Below are positions 1-10,169 of a stretch of 64,000 bases of DNA, in pieces. Position 1 is the stretch's first letter. Each line of letters begins with the position of its first letter. The notes beneath the pieces are model-generated. The model saw only the letters and a list, made by a program, of their open reading frames with translations. It was not told the origin of the DNA and searched no databases. The DNA comes from Candidatus Dojkabacteria bacterium (lineage in GTDB: Bacteria; Patescibacteriota; Dojkabacteria; GCA-002793355): positions 404,345-468,344 of the forward strand of contig CP129470.1 of the NCBI GenBank assembly GCA_030583685.1, read 5' to 3'. Position numbers and translations under genes: made by a program.

Positions 1-2
1 TT

Positions 3-395
3 AAATCAAAAATTGATTCAGGTGCCTTAAAATCTGCTATTGATTTCAACCTTGCGGTTGCCATCGGATACAAAGAGCTCGTTGGAATTAAAGACTTAAT
101 CACCACTCGATACCATACCTTAAAGGAAGCACACGCTGTCAAAGATGCATGTGATGCACGCTTAGAGAAACGTGAGTTTGATACGATAAAAGATTTCGTC
201 GTAGTGAAATCATCAAATGGATATACCGTTCGAGCTGTTATCGAAGCACAAATAACACTTGGCTCTGTGACAAAAACATACAAACTCAACGTGAGTGATC
301 GATCTGATTTACTTTACCCAATTATTATTGGAAAAAGAGATTTGAAAGAATTTCTCATCGACCCGATACGAGTATTTACCATGAGACAGTCATAA
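3..395 (+). CDS. RimK-associated retropepsin-like protease (the 'putative ATP-dependent zinc protease' family, RimB-like); 5' end lies outside the window
   Basis: The frame is open from the window edge to the stop at 395. The C-terminal sequence ...VKSSNGYTVRAVIEAQITLGSVTKTYKLNVSDRSDLLYPIIIGKRDL... resembles the retropepsin-like domain usually encoded next to rimK. It lies immediately upstream of two ATP-grasp genes. Confidence 0.5.
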   Translation, partial: KSKIDSGALKSAIDFNLAVAIGYKELVGIKDLITTRYHTLKEAHAVKDACDARLEKREFDTIKDFVVVKSSNGYTVRAVIEAQITLGSVTKTYKLNVSDRSDLLYPIIIGKRDLKEFLIDPIRVFTMRQS

Positions 396-411
396 GTTAA
401 TACAGAAAGCA

Positions 412-1317
412 ATGTCAAAAAAGATTGCTATATTGATTCAAAAAGGCTTTAGTAATAAATTCGAGCCTCAAGCGCTTCAAGCTGCCTTTACAAAAGCAGG
501 ATGGCTTGCAGATATCATAACCATCGAAGATGTTTATGCTGTTTATAATGACGAAGGAGATTTTTTTGCTCACAAAACACATGGTGACCTCGCGAAGTAC
601 GATGTCCTGTTGGTAAGGGAGGTTTTCGCCTATTTCAAATATGCTCTCAACATTATTAGTTACCTCAAAAAACACGGAAAGGTTGTTGTTGACAACAATC
701 TTGCCAGTGAAAAAATGATGATTAACAAACTGATTGATGGACAAAGAATTGTCCAGGCTGGACTTCCTTTTCCGAAGACATATCACGCACATACTTTAGA
801 GAACTACCTAGCAATGATTCCTCGAATTGACAAGGAAGTTGGATTTCCCGTTGTTATCAAACACCGATCGAGTGGAAAAGGTGCAAAAATTTATAAACTC
901 GAAGATCGTCTTGATTTAGAAAACACCCTTACTGATCTTCAAGAAGAAAACAAATTGGGACGATTTTATATTCAAGAATATCTACCACTTGCAGCAGATT
1001 ACCGTGTTCTCGTGGTTGCCGATCAAGTCGTCGGTGCAATGCTACGAATACCAAAGAAAGGTGATTTCAGAGCTAATTTTTCGCTTGGAGGTACTGTCGA
1101 ACCTGCAGAACTTACCGACGAAATGAAAGACTTGGCAACAAGGGCAGCGCAGGCAACAAATGCAAACTTTGGTGGTGTTGATATTGTCTACACTACCGAT
1201 AAAAAACCGTATCTTCTTGAGGTCAACAGAACTCCAGGATTTGAAGGATTTACAAAGGCACATGGAATTGACGTGGCGAAGATGTTCGTAGATTATGTTA
1301 CTCAGAAGGTTGCGTAG
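412..1317 (+). CDS. rimK: RimK-family ATP-grasp alpha-L-glutamate ligase
   Basis: 301-aa ORF. C-terminal ATP-grasp motifs DYRVLVV, NFSLGG, GVDIVY and LLEVNRTPGF are typical of RimK/GshB-type ATP-grasp enzymes. It is 17 nt downstream of the protease-like ORF. Confidence 0.75.
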   Translation: MSKKIAILIQKGFSNKFEPQALQAAFTKAGWLADIITIEDVYAVYNDEGDFFAHKTHGDLAKYDVLLVREVFAYFKYALNIISYLKKHGKVVVDNNLASEKMMINKLIDGQRIVQAGLPFPKTYHAHTLENYLAMIPRIDKEVGFPVVIKHRSSGKGAKIYKLEDRLDLENTLTDLQEENKLGRFYIQEYLPLAADYRVLVVADQVVGAMLRIPKKGDFRANFSLGGTVEPAELTDEMKDLATRAAQATNANFGGVDIVYTTDKKPYLLEVNRTPGFEGFTKAHGIDVAKMFVDYVTQKVA

Positions 1318-1318
1318 C

Positions 1319-2350
1319 ATGAAACTCGCAATAATCGGCAGAAATCCATATTACGAAAGTGACCGAATCCTCTACGAAGCACTCAAGCGAGGCCACGAAG
1401 CGGTGTTTCTGTCAAAGAATAGGATTGTTGAAACAACTCTTTTCAATGGTGGTGCATTTGGTATCTATTTCACTGTTCCGAGCATTGAAGAGCAAATCAA
1501 ATTCGAGGAACAATTCCCAGACTGGAAACCAATAACACTCGCTCCGCCACAAGAGTTTCTTGCAAAATACGAAAAAAAGAATCTGCTCGGTAAAGTAACA
1601 CTCACACCCACCACAAAATTTTATGACATTCGCTATTTTGATGCCTTTCTCTTTAGAGAGATCGCAAAAACACTTGAGTGGTCAACAATACTAGCCAACT
1701 ACCTCCTGTCCTATAAGAAGACAGTAGTCGATGAGAAAATTGGGAAAGGTATGTACTATAAGTCCAAGCACGGCACCTTCTACAAAGCGAGCACAGACGG
1801 TTTTCCTTACGTTAAATCGGTTGCTGCAATTTCTAAGCAGATGCTATCTGATATACTTGACTACCTTTCTTACCCAATCATCGTTAAAAAGTCAGAAAGT
1901 TCCAAGGGACTCGGTGTTTTTAAGTGTACAAGTAAAAATGACGTTTTTTCGCTTTTAGAAGAAGAGAAACTCGCTGTTAGCGAAGTGCTTGTTCAGGAAC
2001 TAGTCGATTACCGCGGTGATATTCGAGTATTTGTTGTCGGAGACGAAATACTTGGTGCAATGCGTCGTGAACCGCAAGCTGGCCAATGGAAAGGAAACGT
2101 TGCACAAGGTGCTGATGCATACCCGATAGAAATCGACAACTCTATACAGCAACTTGCATTAGGTGTTGTAAAGGCTCAGGATGCAGAAATCCGAGGAGTC
2201 GATATTATGCTCCCCAAAAGTGGCCCGGTACTCATTGAAACAAACAGTGCTCCGCAATTTCAAGGGTTTGAAAAGGCTACGGGAGTAAATGTTGGTCAAA
2301 AAATTGTTGAGTACATCGAAAAAAAACATGAAAAACTTTCCAATTCTTAA
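1319..2350 (+). CDS. Second RimK-like ATP-grasp ligase paralog with an extended N-terminal pre-ATP-grasp region
   Basis: The ORF track starts at 1295; an ATG at 1319 (MKLAIIGRNPYY) directly follows the upstream TAG. Motifs: GDIRVFVVGDEILGAMRR, GVDIMLP, LIETNSAPQFQGF. Confidence 0.7.
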   Translation: MKLAIIGRNPYYESDRILYEALKRGHEAVFLSKNRIVETTLFNGGAFGIYFTVPSIEEQIKFEEQFPDWKPITLAPPQEFLAKYEKKNLLGKVTLTPTTKFYDIRYFDAFLFREIAKTLEWSTILANYLLSYKKTVVDEKIGKGMYYKSKHGTFYKASTDGFPYVKSVAAISKQMLSDILDYLSYPIIVKKSESSKGLGVFKCTSKNDVFSLLEEEKLAVSEVLVQELVDYRGDIRVFVVGDEILGAMRREPQAGQWKGNVAQGADAYPIEIDNSIQQLALGVVKAQDAEIRGVDIMLPKSGPVLIETNSAPQFQGFEKATGVNVGQKIVEYIEKKHEKLSNS

Positions 2351-3416
2351 AACTTCACATCCAAAACTTACCCTCGAACCACTTTCTCGTACGCACCTCC
2401 CCTTTCTTGTTGAGTTACTGAATACAAAAGAAATCCAAGAGACTTTATCGAGAGTCCCCATAAGAACAACCAAAGAAAAGCAGGAGAGGAATTTAGATAA
2501 AATGTACGAGGATTCACCACCAAAGGAAATCACTTATATTCTCACGCTCAAGAAATTACTCACCAAGCAGTATATTGGATACGTTAAGATTAAGCTTATA
2601 GATTGGGAGGTGATGAGCTGCTATCTTTCAGTTGCAATCCTTCCTGACACTCGTTTTCGGGGGAAAGGGTACGCACAGGCGGCATATCATTCATTTTTTG
2701 ACTACTTGTTTTCTCTTGGTATGGTTAAAATATACGGAAGAACATATGAGCAAAATATCCCCACAATTGTTCTCAATGAAAAAACCGGATTCGAGTTCAT
2801 CGGCAGACAGACACAATTTATCCTGTATAAAAACAAAACAAGTGCTGATGCACTTCTTTTCGAACGAAAAAACCCAACTGCTCCTATTCAGTACCCCTAT
2901 TTCTATCAGGAACAAGAAAGGGCGATAAGCACAATTTTACTTAACATCTACAAAGAAAGAACAAGCACAGAACCTGATATACAGAAAATCCGTGCTCTTG
3001 CCGAACAGCTTAGCGCTGCACCCAAAGATAAACTACTTCCTCCTTTACAAAAATATTGCGAAAACTTAACCCACGAAATCCAAATCGAACTACGTAATAA
3101 GCTTCTCAAGCACACTACCTCTACATTTCAAAAAATGCAAATTGCAAATGCGCTTACATTAAAACTCCCAATTCTTGCTTATCCAATTACCAACGAGCAA
3201 TTTACGCAAGGCGTTAACATGACGGTCTCTATTACAAAACAGATCATCGCCGGTATTCCGTTTTCAAACGAGTTATCTAACGAGATTATAAATTCCGCCC
3301 TCTACGGAGGATACACCCCAGAAAATTGGAATTATCTCCGATTCCTTTTTCTCGGGAGAAAAAATATGACCAAAGAAATTATCACCGCGCTACCAGCAAT
3401 CAGTAAAGGCATATAG
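2328..3416 (+). CDS. GNAT-family N-acetyltransferase (RimJ/RimL-like N-terminal domain) with a ~180-aa uncharacterised C-terminal extension
   Basis: GNAT core: YIGYVKIKLID...RFRGKGYAQAAY...NEKTGFEFIG. The internal ATG at 2328 is the likely start (the track gives 2289). It overlaps the upstream gene by 23 nt. Confidence 0.6.
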   Translation: MKNFPILKTSHPKLTLEPLSRTHLPFLVELLNTKEIQETLSRVPIRTTKEKQERNLDKMYEDSPPKEITYILTLKKLLTKQYIGYVKIKLIDWEVMSCYLSVAILPDTRFRGKGYAQAAYHSFFDYLFSLGMVKIYGRTYEQNIPTIVLNEKTGFEFIGRQTQFILYKNKTSADALLFERKNPTAPIQYPYFYQEQERAISTILLNIYKERTSTEPDIQKIRALAEQLSAAPKDKLLPPLQKYCENLTHEIQIELRNKLLKHTTSTFQKMQIANALTLKLPILAYPITNEQFTQGVNMTVSITKQIIAGIPFSNELSNEIINSALYGGYTPENWNYLRFLFLGRKNMTKEIITALPAISKGI

Positions 3417-5251
3417 TCATCATTACTCTCATCCAGGACTGACGAATAACTCTGTGTGCCGAGTATTGCATTTCCAGTTACTTCTTCTATTGACACTGTA
3501 TTTGTCTGAATTGGTTGTGGAGTATATGCTTTTTTTACCGACGAACCAGACTGAGCAGTCAACATGCTATCTGCCAGCCCTAGTCTTTCTCCACACTCAT
3601 TGGGGTTATTTTCAACTACCTCTACCATTACTATCGCTGTATTATTTTTAATAGTATTGCTTGCTATTAAATCCATTAACTCTGCTTTATAGTTGTTTAC
3701 AATACGGACAGTGTAGTTATTGTGCTGAAACAGATTCTTTACAGTTTCAATAACAACACCAACTATTTCTTTTTCGTCAAAGCCTTTTACTGTTATTTTC
3801 AGTAGCTGCACGCTCGCTATTATCCCTTTGCAACTTCGTCCTTCTTCTTCAACGTATACACTTTTTTCATAATCAGAGATTTGCAGTTGATGCATTGCTA
3901 TTTCTTTGTTTTTAAATAGTACTCTCAGGTCAGCAGTTTCTTCTTCCAGATCAATACCAACAGGAATAGACATGCTGAATGTAAAGACTTCTCTTTCCCC
4001 TTTTGCAAGTTTAGAGCTTGTTTTAAAGGTGATTTCGCTGTATTCGGGGCTATCAATAACACTTGTCCCTGCGGGAAAATCTGTTAATACAATGTATTCT
4101 TTAATATATCGTGGATAGCGCAGAGTAAATTGCGGAATTACAATTTCGTTTTCTCCATAATTTTCAACCATAATCTTAATTGTGTTATCGATATCAGTTG
4201 TAATACCTGCCTGATAAAGAGAAGGAAGCGGACAATTAGGCTTTTCTAGTACTTTTTGGTAAGGAAGACGCGTGATACAGCTTGCTCCGCCTTCCCCAAT
4301 CTGTGTTATTTCGGATACAGGCGCGGTATATTGATAATTTCCACTATCTACATCATCACGCGCGAGCAAAAAACCAAATGTGTCTCCGTCACCTTGCGTA
4401 TGACTCTGCTCACGAACAGAGAGACATCTTGTCGTTGAACTTGTGACCAAAAGCGACATAGCCTCAGGAACGTCCTCGTATGCGTGAAATGACATGAGTA
4501 CCTGTTTTGTTTCACCCGGAGAAATGGATTGTGTCGTTGAATTATTTGGTAATTGTATACGCTCCGTCATCGCACCAACATTCTTGATACCCAATACAAC
4601 CCTCGCATACTGCGTGTATTCACCACAAGTATCTACCCTCGAAACAATTTGCAAAGGATCTCTTACTCGAAAACTACCAATACTCAGCCTCCCCTGTCCT
4701 GGAAGAAAATTTCCTTGATGGGGGAACTGCATACTCATTCCACCTTTAGTTCGCAGTAATCCATAAGAGTAATAGGCAACATTACGGTATTGTCCAGGAG
4801 AAACCGCAATCACATCTGCAAGCCGATCAGTACTCTCATATTGATCCAAAAACCACCAAATATTCTTTATTGCGACCGTGTGTTCCGTTTCGTTAGACCA
4901 AAGAAGATCAACAATGACCTCATCGCCTGGTATTAAACCAACACTCTCACCCACTTGACTACCTCTCTGATACACACTCCCAAAACGAGTAAACACCTGC
5001 GAAAAAGAAACTGCTGTGACATCTTTTCTCTCTGATCCACTCCTCCGAATATCCGGCGGTAAACTAACTCCTCCTGTGTCATTCTCCTGAAAGCTTAACA
5101 AGATCCCCGCGTAAAATCTGTTTTCCTGGAAAGAGCCTGTAGGATAAAAACTATCTGCCGAGACGGGAGGTAGTATTTGCCAGAAACACCAAACCACTAT
5201 CAACACAATGAAAAATAGTTGTAAACGCATCCGGTCAAATTGCGAACACAT
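3332..5251 (-). CDS. Large secreted/membrane-anchored hypothetical protein
   Basis: 639-aa ORF. N-terminal hydrophobic signal/anchor (LQLFFIVLIVVWCFWQILPPVSA). C-terminal TM plus basic tail (LLIAGSAVIISLVIFFLPRKRNRR). Confidence 0.6.
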   Translation of the reverse strand: MCSQFDRMRLQLFFIVLIVVWCFWQILPPVSADSFYPTGSFQENRFYAGILLSFQENDTGGVSLPPDIRRSGSERKDVTAVSFSQVFTRFGSVYQRGSQVGESVGLIPGDEVIVDLLWSNETEHTVAIKNIWWFLDQYESTDRLADVIAVSPGQYRNVAYYSYGLLRTKGGMSMQFPHQGNFLPGQGRLSIGSFRVRDPLQIVSRVDTCGEYTQYARVVLGIKNVGAMTERIQLPNNSTTQSISPGETKQVLMSFHAYEDVPEAMSLLVTSSTTRCLSVREQSHTQGDGDTFGFLLARDDVDSGNYQYTAPVSEITQIGEGGASCITRLPYQKVLEKPNCPLPSLYQAGITTDIDNTIKIMVENYGENEIVIPQFTLRYPRYIKEYIVLTDFPAGTSVIDSPEYSEITFKTSSKLAKGEREVFTFSMSIPVGIDLEEETADLRVLFKNKEIAMHQLQISDYEKSVYVEEEGRSCKGIIASVQLLKITVKGFDEKEIVGVVIETVKNLFQHNNYTVRIVNNYKAELMDLIASNTIKNNTAIVMVEVVENNPNECGERLGLADSMLTAQSGSSVKKAYTPQPIQTNTVSIEEVTGNAILGTQSYSSVLDESNDDYMPLLIAGSAVIISLVIFFLPRKRNRR

Positions 5252-5371
5252 AATGTCCTATTCTCGCTGGACAATATTAGTCCATACTTATTCACAATAC
5301 TATGTTTCAGTCATGGCATTCTCGGTTCCTGCTGACAATAAATCGTGAAACGTGATTATCATATCCGACTG

Positions 5372-6619
5372 TCAGTCATACAGTCCGACTAGGCCGTGGA
5401 ACATATTAACAACATATAGTATAAGTGCGCTAATAACGCCTAATACTATAAGGATAAGATCTGAGACGATAGGAATAGGTCTCACGAAAACAGATAGGTA
5501 GCCAAGTATACTTGCCCACTCTATTAAGATGCTTACACAAAGTCCGACCAAGACGCCGATTGGGCGAACTTCTCCAAACAGTAACCACGTTACAGGAACG
5601 ACACAAAGCCAAATTACTATCGACCCAATTACTTCTCGCATTACTTTGTTTTTCCATACTTTTGTAATCGTCGGGGCGACTGAGTAAACACCGACACTTG
5701 CGGCACTGACCAACCAAAATCCGGCATCTAGAAGATATTCTGGAAACAAAAGGAGAAGTACTGTAAGCGCACTCACAAAATACCCTTTCCCAAGCTTGAT
5801 TCCAGCACTTTGCGCCACAATATTGAACAACACCATAACAATTGCTCGATATAAGGAGACGGCCTCCCCTACAACCACAAAGAGTGCCAAGAGGGTCCCA
5901 ATTTCAATGAGATTTCGAAACTTTCTTCTCAATTTACCTGTGATATGCTGAAGAATCCTTTGCAAATATACAATATTTATTCCCGATATCGCTACAATAT
6001 GCAGCATCCCTAACTCCTTCATCATTTTTTGAAGATCAGTAGGGATTTCAACCTCCCCAAAAAGCATGCTCGTCAGCAAACCGCTCTGTTTTGGCTGTAA
6101 TCTAGTAGAAAGCCAAGCATAGTGTAAAAGTCTCACCTGATGTCCTTGGTTAAGAATTTGATAGTAAATTGGCAACGGAATTTTTTCCTGAGTATACACT
6201 CGTTCACCCTTTCCAGAGAATACTCCAAATCCCGAAACACTCGTAACTTTAACAACTTGAGGTGCATACATTGGCGGACATACGCCGAAACAAGAGACAT
6301 ACAATCGACTCGTTACCTGACGTTCTCCACACCGAGTAATCTTCACTTGGACTCCTCGCTCATACTCTTTAATCACAACACCGTGACAGAACTCGTTGAC
6401 ATAAATAACATCTGGCACGAATACTGTGGCTCTAACGCCAACAAGCAGTAAGATGACTGTGACTTGTCTCAATAATGAATAACGAAAGATACTCAACAAC
6501 AAACTTGCAGCTATGCCACAACATACTACTGCAGTTCCTCCCATTTTTTGGGCTCCCAGTACTGCAATAAGTAACGCGACAAAACATACAATATGTGGCA
6601 CAACAAAAGTAAATAACAA
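5372..6619 (-). CDS. comEC: ComEC/Rec2-family competence channel domain protein
   Basis: Polytopic membrane protein with the ComEC competence-domain signature LHIVAISGINI (HxxAISGxH). Confidence 0.65.
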   Translation of the reverse strand: MLFTFVVPHIVCFVALLIAVLGAQKMGGTAVVCCGIAASLLLSIFRYSLLRQVTVILLLVGVRATVFVPDVIYVNEFCHGVVIKEYERGVQVKITRCGERQVTSRLYVSCFGVCPPMYAPQVVKVTSVSGFGVFSGKGERVYTQEKIPLPIYYQILNQGHQVRLLHYAWLSTRLQPKQSGLLTSMLFGEVEIPTDLQKMMKELGMLHIVAISGINIVYLQRILQHITGKLRRKFRNLIEIGTLLALFVVVGEAVSLYRAIVMVLFNIVAQSAGIKLGKGYFVSALTVLLLLFPEYLLDAGFWLVSAASVGVYSVAPTITKVWKNKVMREVIGSIVIWLCVVPVTWLLFGEVRPIGVLVGLCVSILIEWASILGYLSVFVRPIPIVSDLILIVLGVISALILYVVNMFHGLVGLYD

Positions 6620-6639
6620 GAATTATGATAGACTAAACA

Positions 6640-7521
6640 ATGAGATATTTTGGAGCCCATGTGTCCGTGGAAGGTGGACTTGTCAATGCAATATCTGCAG
6701 CAACCAAACTTTCCATTAACACTATTCAAATCCACCCTTCAACGCCGCAACGCTGGATCACGAAAGATATTGATACTGCCGGAATTGAGTCAATGGTTAA
6801 AGGACAAAAGAATTCTCCCGTGAAAAAGCTTTTTGCACACGCAATATATCTAATCAACCTCGCACAGCCTGATAAACAAAAATTTCATCTTGCAAAACTA
6901 GCTCTTGTTCACTACCTCAATTTTATGAAAGATATCGAAACTATCGCAACTGCATACAACAGTGACCTACAGGCAGGAGGAGTTGTTGTGCATGTAGGAA
7001 CGGCCATTCACTATCCAAGCAAACAGGATGCCTTGGAAAGAATTCTCAAAGGAATCAATTGGGTGCTGTCAGAAGCACCAAAAGGAAGATTGCTTCTTGA
7101 ATCGAGTGCGGGAGCAGGTCAAGTCATTGGAAGCCACCTCGCCGACTTGGCTTGGCTACGAGAAAAGGCGGACCAACCAGAACGTATAGGATTTACCCTT
7201 GATACAGCCCACATGTTTGCTTCAGGATATGACTGGACACATGTTGATACTGTCATTCATCAAATCGAACAAGAATTACCACTCAACAAAGTCGAATTAC
7301 TCCACCTCAACGACTCAAAAGTACCCTGTGGCTCTCGAAAAGACAGGCATGAAAATCTTGCAGAGGGATTAATCGGGGAAGTCGCACTGCGTCAAATCGT
7401 CTCACATCAAAAGCTCTCTCATATCCCCCTTGTCTTAGAAACCCCTCGTATGAAGAACCTTACAGAAGCCGCAATTGATATTGATAAACTCAGGTCTTGG
7501 ATTACCTCACCACAAAGTTGA
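6640..7521 (+). CDS. nfo: Endonuclease IV (AP endonuclease family 2)
   Basis: N-terminus MRYFGAHVSVEGGLVNAI matches the Nfo family start (MKxxGAHVSxxGG). 293 aa. Confidence 0.8.
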   Translation: MRYFGAHVSVEGGLVNAISAATKLSINTIQIHPSTPQRWITKDIDTAGIESMVKGQKNSPVKKLFAHAIYLINLAQPDKQKFHLAKLALVHYLNFMKDIETIATAYNSDLQAGGVVVHVGTAIHYPSKQDALERILKGINWVLSEAPKGRLLLESSAGAGQVIGSHLADLAWLREKADQPERIGFTLDTAHMFASGYDWTHVDTVIHQIEQELPLNKVELLHLNDSKVPCGSRKDRHENLAEGLIGEVALRQIVSHQKLSHIPLVLETPRMKNLTEAAIDIDKLRSWITSPQS

Positions 7522-10093
7522 CCGCTTTCCCAGGTACATAAATCACTTTGGCGTACCCCTGCGACAAGTACTGAGGCGCCGCTTGCGTTGCAAGTGTCAC
7601 CACATCAGCTTCTGTTGCATTACTCATGACAGAAATTTTTGCACGCAATTTGCCATTAACCATCACAGGGAGATCAATTTCTGAATGTACCTCTTGCGTT
7701 ACATCGGCAATCTTCAATTCTTGCTGATGAACACTTCCCTTCTCTCCCAATACTTCCCAAAGTTCTTCTGAAACATACGGAGCAAATGGAGATAAAAGAA
7801 TCAAAAATTCCTTTATGATTTCGTAAGGCCACGGATTTTTTTCGTAAGTATTAAGAAATTCCATAAACGAAGCAACGATTGTATTAAACTTCAACAAAAC
7901 GATATCACCACGAACGCGTTGTTTTAACCGAGAAAGTCCAATGCTAATTCCATTTTCCCCCACTTCTTTATCCCTATTCACCACCGTACATTCTTTTTTG
8001 AGTTTTTTTATGAGTTTTACAACAAATCTGTGAACTCCGATAACACTCCTCTCATTCCATGGGGTTACTGACTCATATGGACCGATAAACATGAGGTAGA
8101 GTCTCACAACGTCTGCACCGAATTTCCCAACGACTTCATCTGGATTAACCACATTACCCCACGATTTACTCATCTTCCGATTGTCTGGCCCAAGGATAAT
8201 GCCATGATTTCTTCTTTGTTTGTACGGCTCAACACCAGGTACAGCGCCCAGATCCGACAGGAATTTGTAGATAAATCGAGAATACAGTAAGTGTAGCGTG
8301 ACATGTTCTTGACCTCCATAATAGATATCGACCGGCATCCAATAGGAGGCGATTGTCTGATCAACAAGTTTTTCCTTATTGTGTGGATCTAAATACCTAA
8401 GAAAATACCAGTTTGAACCTGCCCAGTTTGGCATAACGTCAGTTTCTCTTCTAGCCTTTCCACCGCATGAAGGGCACGAAACTTGAATCCATTCGTCAGC
8501 TTTCTCTAACGGAGAACTTCCATCTTCCCCCATTCGATAATCGGCCAACTTTGGTAATGTGACAGGCAATTGATTCATTGGTACAGGGTTCCAACCACAC
8601 TGCTCACAATGAACCATGGGTGTTGGTTCGCCCCAATAATGTTGCCGAGAAAAAACCCAATCATGGAAACGATAGACCGTTATCTTTTTTCCCCATCCTT
8701 TTTCTTCTAAGTAGTCCATCATTTTTGTTGTCGCTTCATGTATTTCCATTCCGTCTAAAAATCCGGAATTTATCATTACCCCACTTTCCTCTTGAACTTG
8801 TGACTCTTGCGTAATTTCGGACTCATCTCCTCCCTCTGTGGTTACTACTCGAACAACCGGCAAGTTCATCACTTGTGCAAACTGGAAATCTCGCAAGTCA
8901 TGTCCCGGTACACCGACCAACGCCCCCGTACCAAAATCGACCAACACAAAATCAGAAACACATAAAGGCATTTTTGTTCCGGTCAGTTGATTCAAACAAT
9001 AAAGACCCGTATTTACGCCAGTCTTCTTCTTTCCTTCTGCCTCTCTTTGCTCTTTTGTCTTTCGTGCCGATGTATTTTTATACTCTAAAACGTTTTTCTT
9101 TGTTACTTCATCCATATATTGTCCCAACTCTTCGAGGATTGCGTGCTCAGGTGCGACAACGACAAAGGTTGCACCAAAATTTGTTTCAGGTCGAGACGTA
9201 AAACACGTTACTTCTGAAACTTTCTGTCCATCTTCCGTTACCACGTCGTAAGTAATATTGACACCATACTTCTTTCCTATCCAATTTTTCTGCGCGGCTT
9301 TTACTCCATTGGGAAAATCAACCGTATCTAAATCTGCCAAAAGACGTTCCGCGTATGCGGTAATTCGCAACATCCACTGCTCAAGGTCTCGTTTCTCAAC
9401 GAGTGTCCCACAACGTTCGTGTGTACCATCACCAAGTACCTCTTCATTTGCGAGTCCCGTTTTACACTTTGGACACCAAGAGACAGGCATTTTTTTCTTA
9501 AAGGCAAGACGTTTCGCATCTTTATACTCGGTAATTGCACTCTCACCTTTTTGCCTGACTTCGTCGGGAATGGGTAAATCTGACATTGGTCGTGCTTGTC
9601 CAACTCCTCCATCTTTTCTTGCAAAAGTACCATCGTACCAATGCTCGTATAACTGAACAAAGATCCATTGCGTCCACTTATAATACTCTGGAGAAGATGA
9701 ATCGATTTCTCTTTCCCAATCAAAAGCCAGTCCCAATTCTTTCAATTGACGACGAAATGTTGTAATACTTTCTGCTGACACTTCATGAGGATCTTTTCCA
9801 ACCTTGATTGCGTGATTATATGTTGGCAAGCCAAATGCGTCCCACCCCATCGGATACAGGACATTGTACCCAAGCAATCGATGAAAGCGTGAGTATGTAT
9901 CAAAGAGTGCATAATTCCAACAGTGCCCCATATGTAAACCGCTCCCACTTGGATACGGCAATTCAACTAGGGCATAGAGTTTCGGTTTTTGCGAAAAGTC
10001 TTCCGCGCGTGCGAGAGAAAGTCCTTCCCAACGTTCGTTCCATTTCTTTTGTATTGATACAAAATCGTATCCTGAGCCAGAGGTGTCTTTCAT
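7502..10093 (-). CDS. leuS: Leucyl-tRNA synthetase
   Basis: 863 aa. Class I HMGH motif (GLHMGHCWNY) and KMSKS. N-terminal YDFVSIQKKWNERW is typical of LeuRS. Contains CP1 editing-domain-like regions. Confidence 0.9.
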   Translation of the reverse strand: MKDTSGSGYDFVSIQKKWNERWEGLSLARAEDFSQKPKLYALVELPYPSGSGLHMGHCWNYALFDTYSRFHRLLGYNVLYPMGWDAFGLPTYNHAIKVGKDPHEVSAESITTFRRQLKELGLAFDWEREIDSSSPEYYKWTQWIFVQLYEHWYDGTFARKDGGVGQARPMSDLPIPDEVRQKGESAITEYKDAKRLAFKKKMPVSWCPKCKTGLANEEVLGDGTHERCGTLVEKRDLEQWMLRITAYAERLLADLDTVDFPNGVKAAQKNWIGKKYGVNITYDVVTEDGQKVSEVTCFTSRPETNFGATFVVVAPEHAILEELGQYMDEVTKKNVLEYKNTSARKTKEQREAEGKKKTGVNTGLYCLNQLTGTKMPLCVSDFVLVDFGTGALVGVPGHDLRDFQFAQVMNLPVVRVVTTEGGDESEITQESQVQEESGVMINSGFLDGMEIHEATTKMMDYLEEKGWGKKITVYRFHDWVFSRQHYWGEPTPMVHCEQCGWNPVPMNQLPVTLPKLADYRMGEDGSSPLEKADEWIQVSCPSCGGKARRETDVMPNWAGSNWYFLRYLDPHNKEKLVDQTIASYWMPVDIYYGGQEHVTLHLLYSRFIYKFLSDLGAVPGVEPYKQRRNHGIILGPDNRKMSKSWGNVVNPDEVVGKFGADVVRLYLMFIGPYESVTPWNERSVIGVHRFVVKLIKKLKKECTVVNRDKEVGENGISIGLSRLKQRVRGDIVLLKFNTIVASFMEFLNTYEKNPWPYEIIKEFLILLSPFAPYVSEELWEVLGEKGSVHQQELKIADVTQEVHSEIDLPVMVNGKLRAKISVMSNATEADVVTLATQAAPQYLSQGYAKVIYVPGKAVNFVVR

Positions 10094-10169
10094 CTCTTTC
10101 CTAGAGTAAACTTACTTCTGTAATTATATACAAATTTCGCAAATAATTCATTGATGTTATACTATCACT

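Noticed and set aside
8170-9966. Multiple 65-132-aa ORFs on both strands inside leuS (e.g. 8578..8814, 8875..9201, 9258..9656, 9328..9723, 9742..9966)
   Set aside because: They lie wholly within a gene carrying strong LeuRS motifs. They are low-complexity translations with no independent signals, so they were treated as shadow ORFs.
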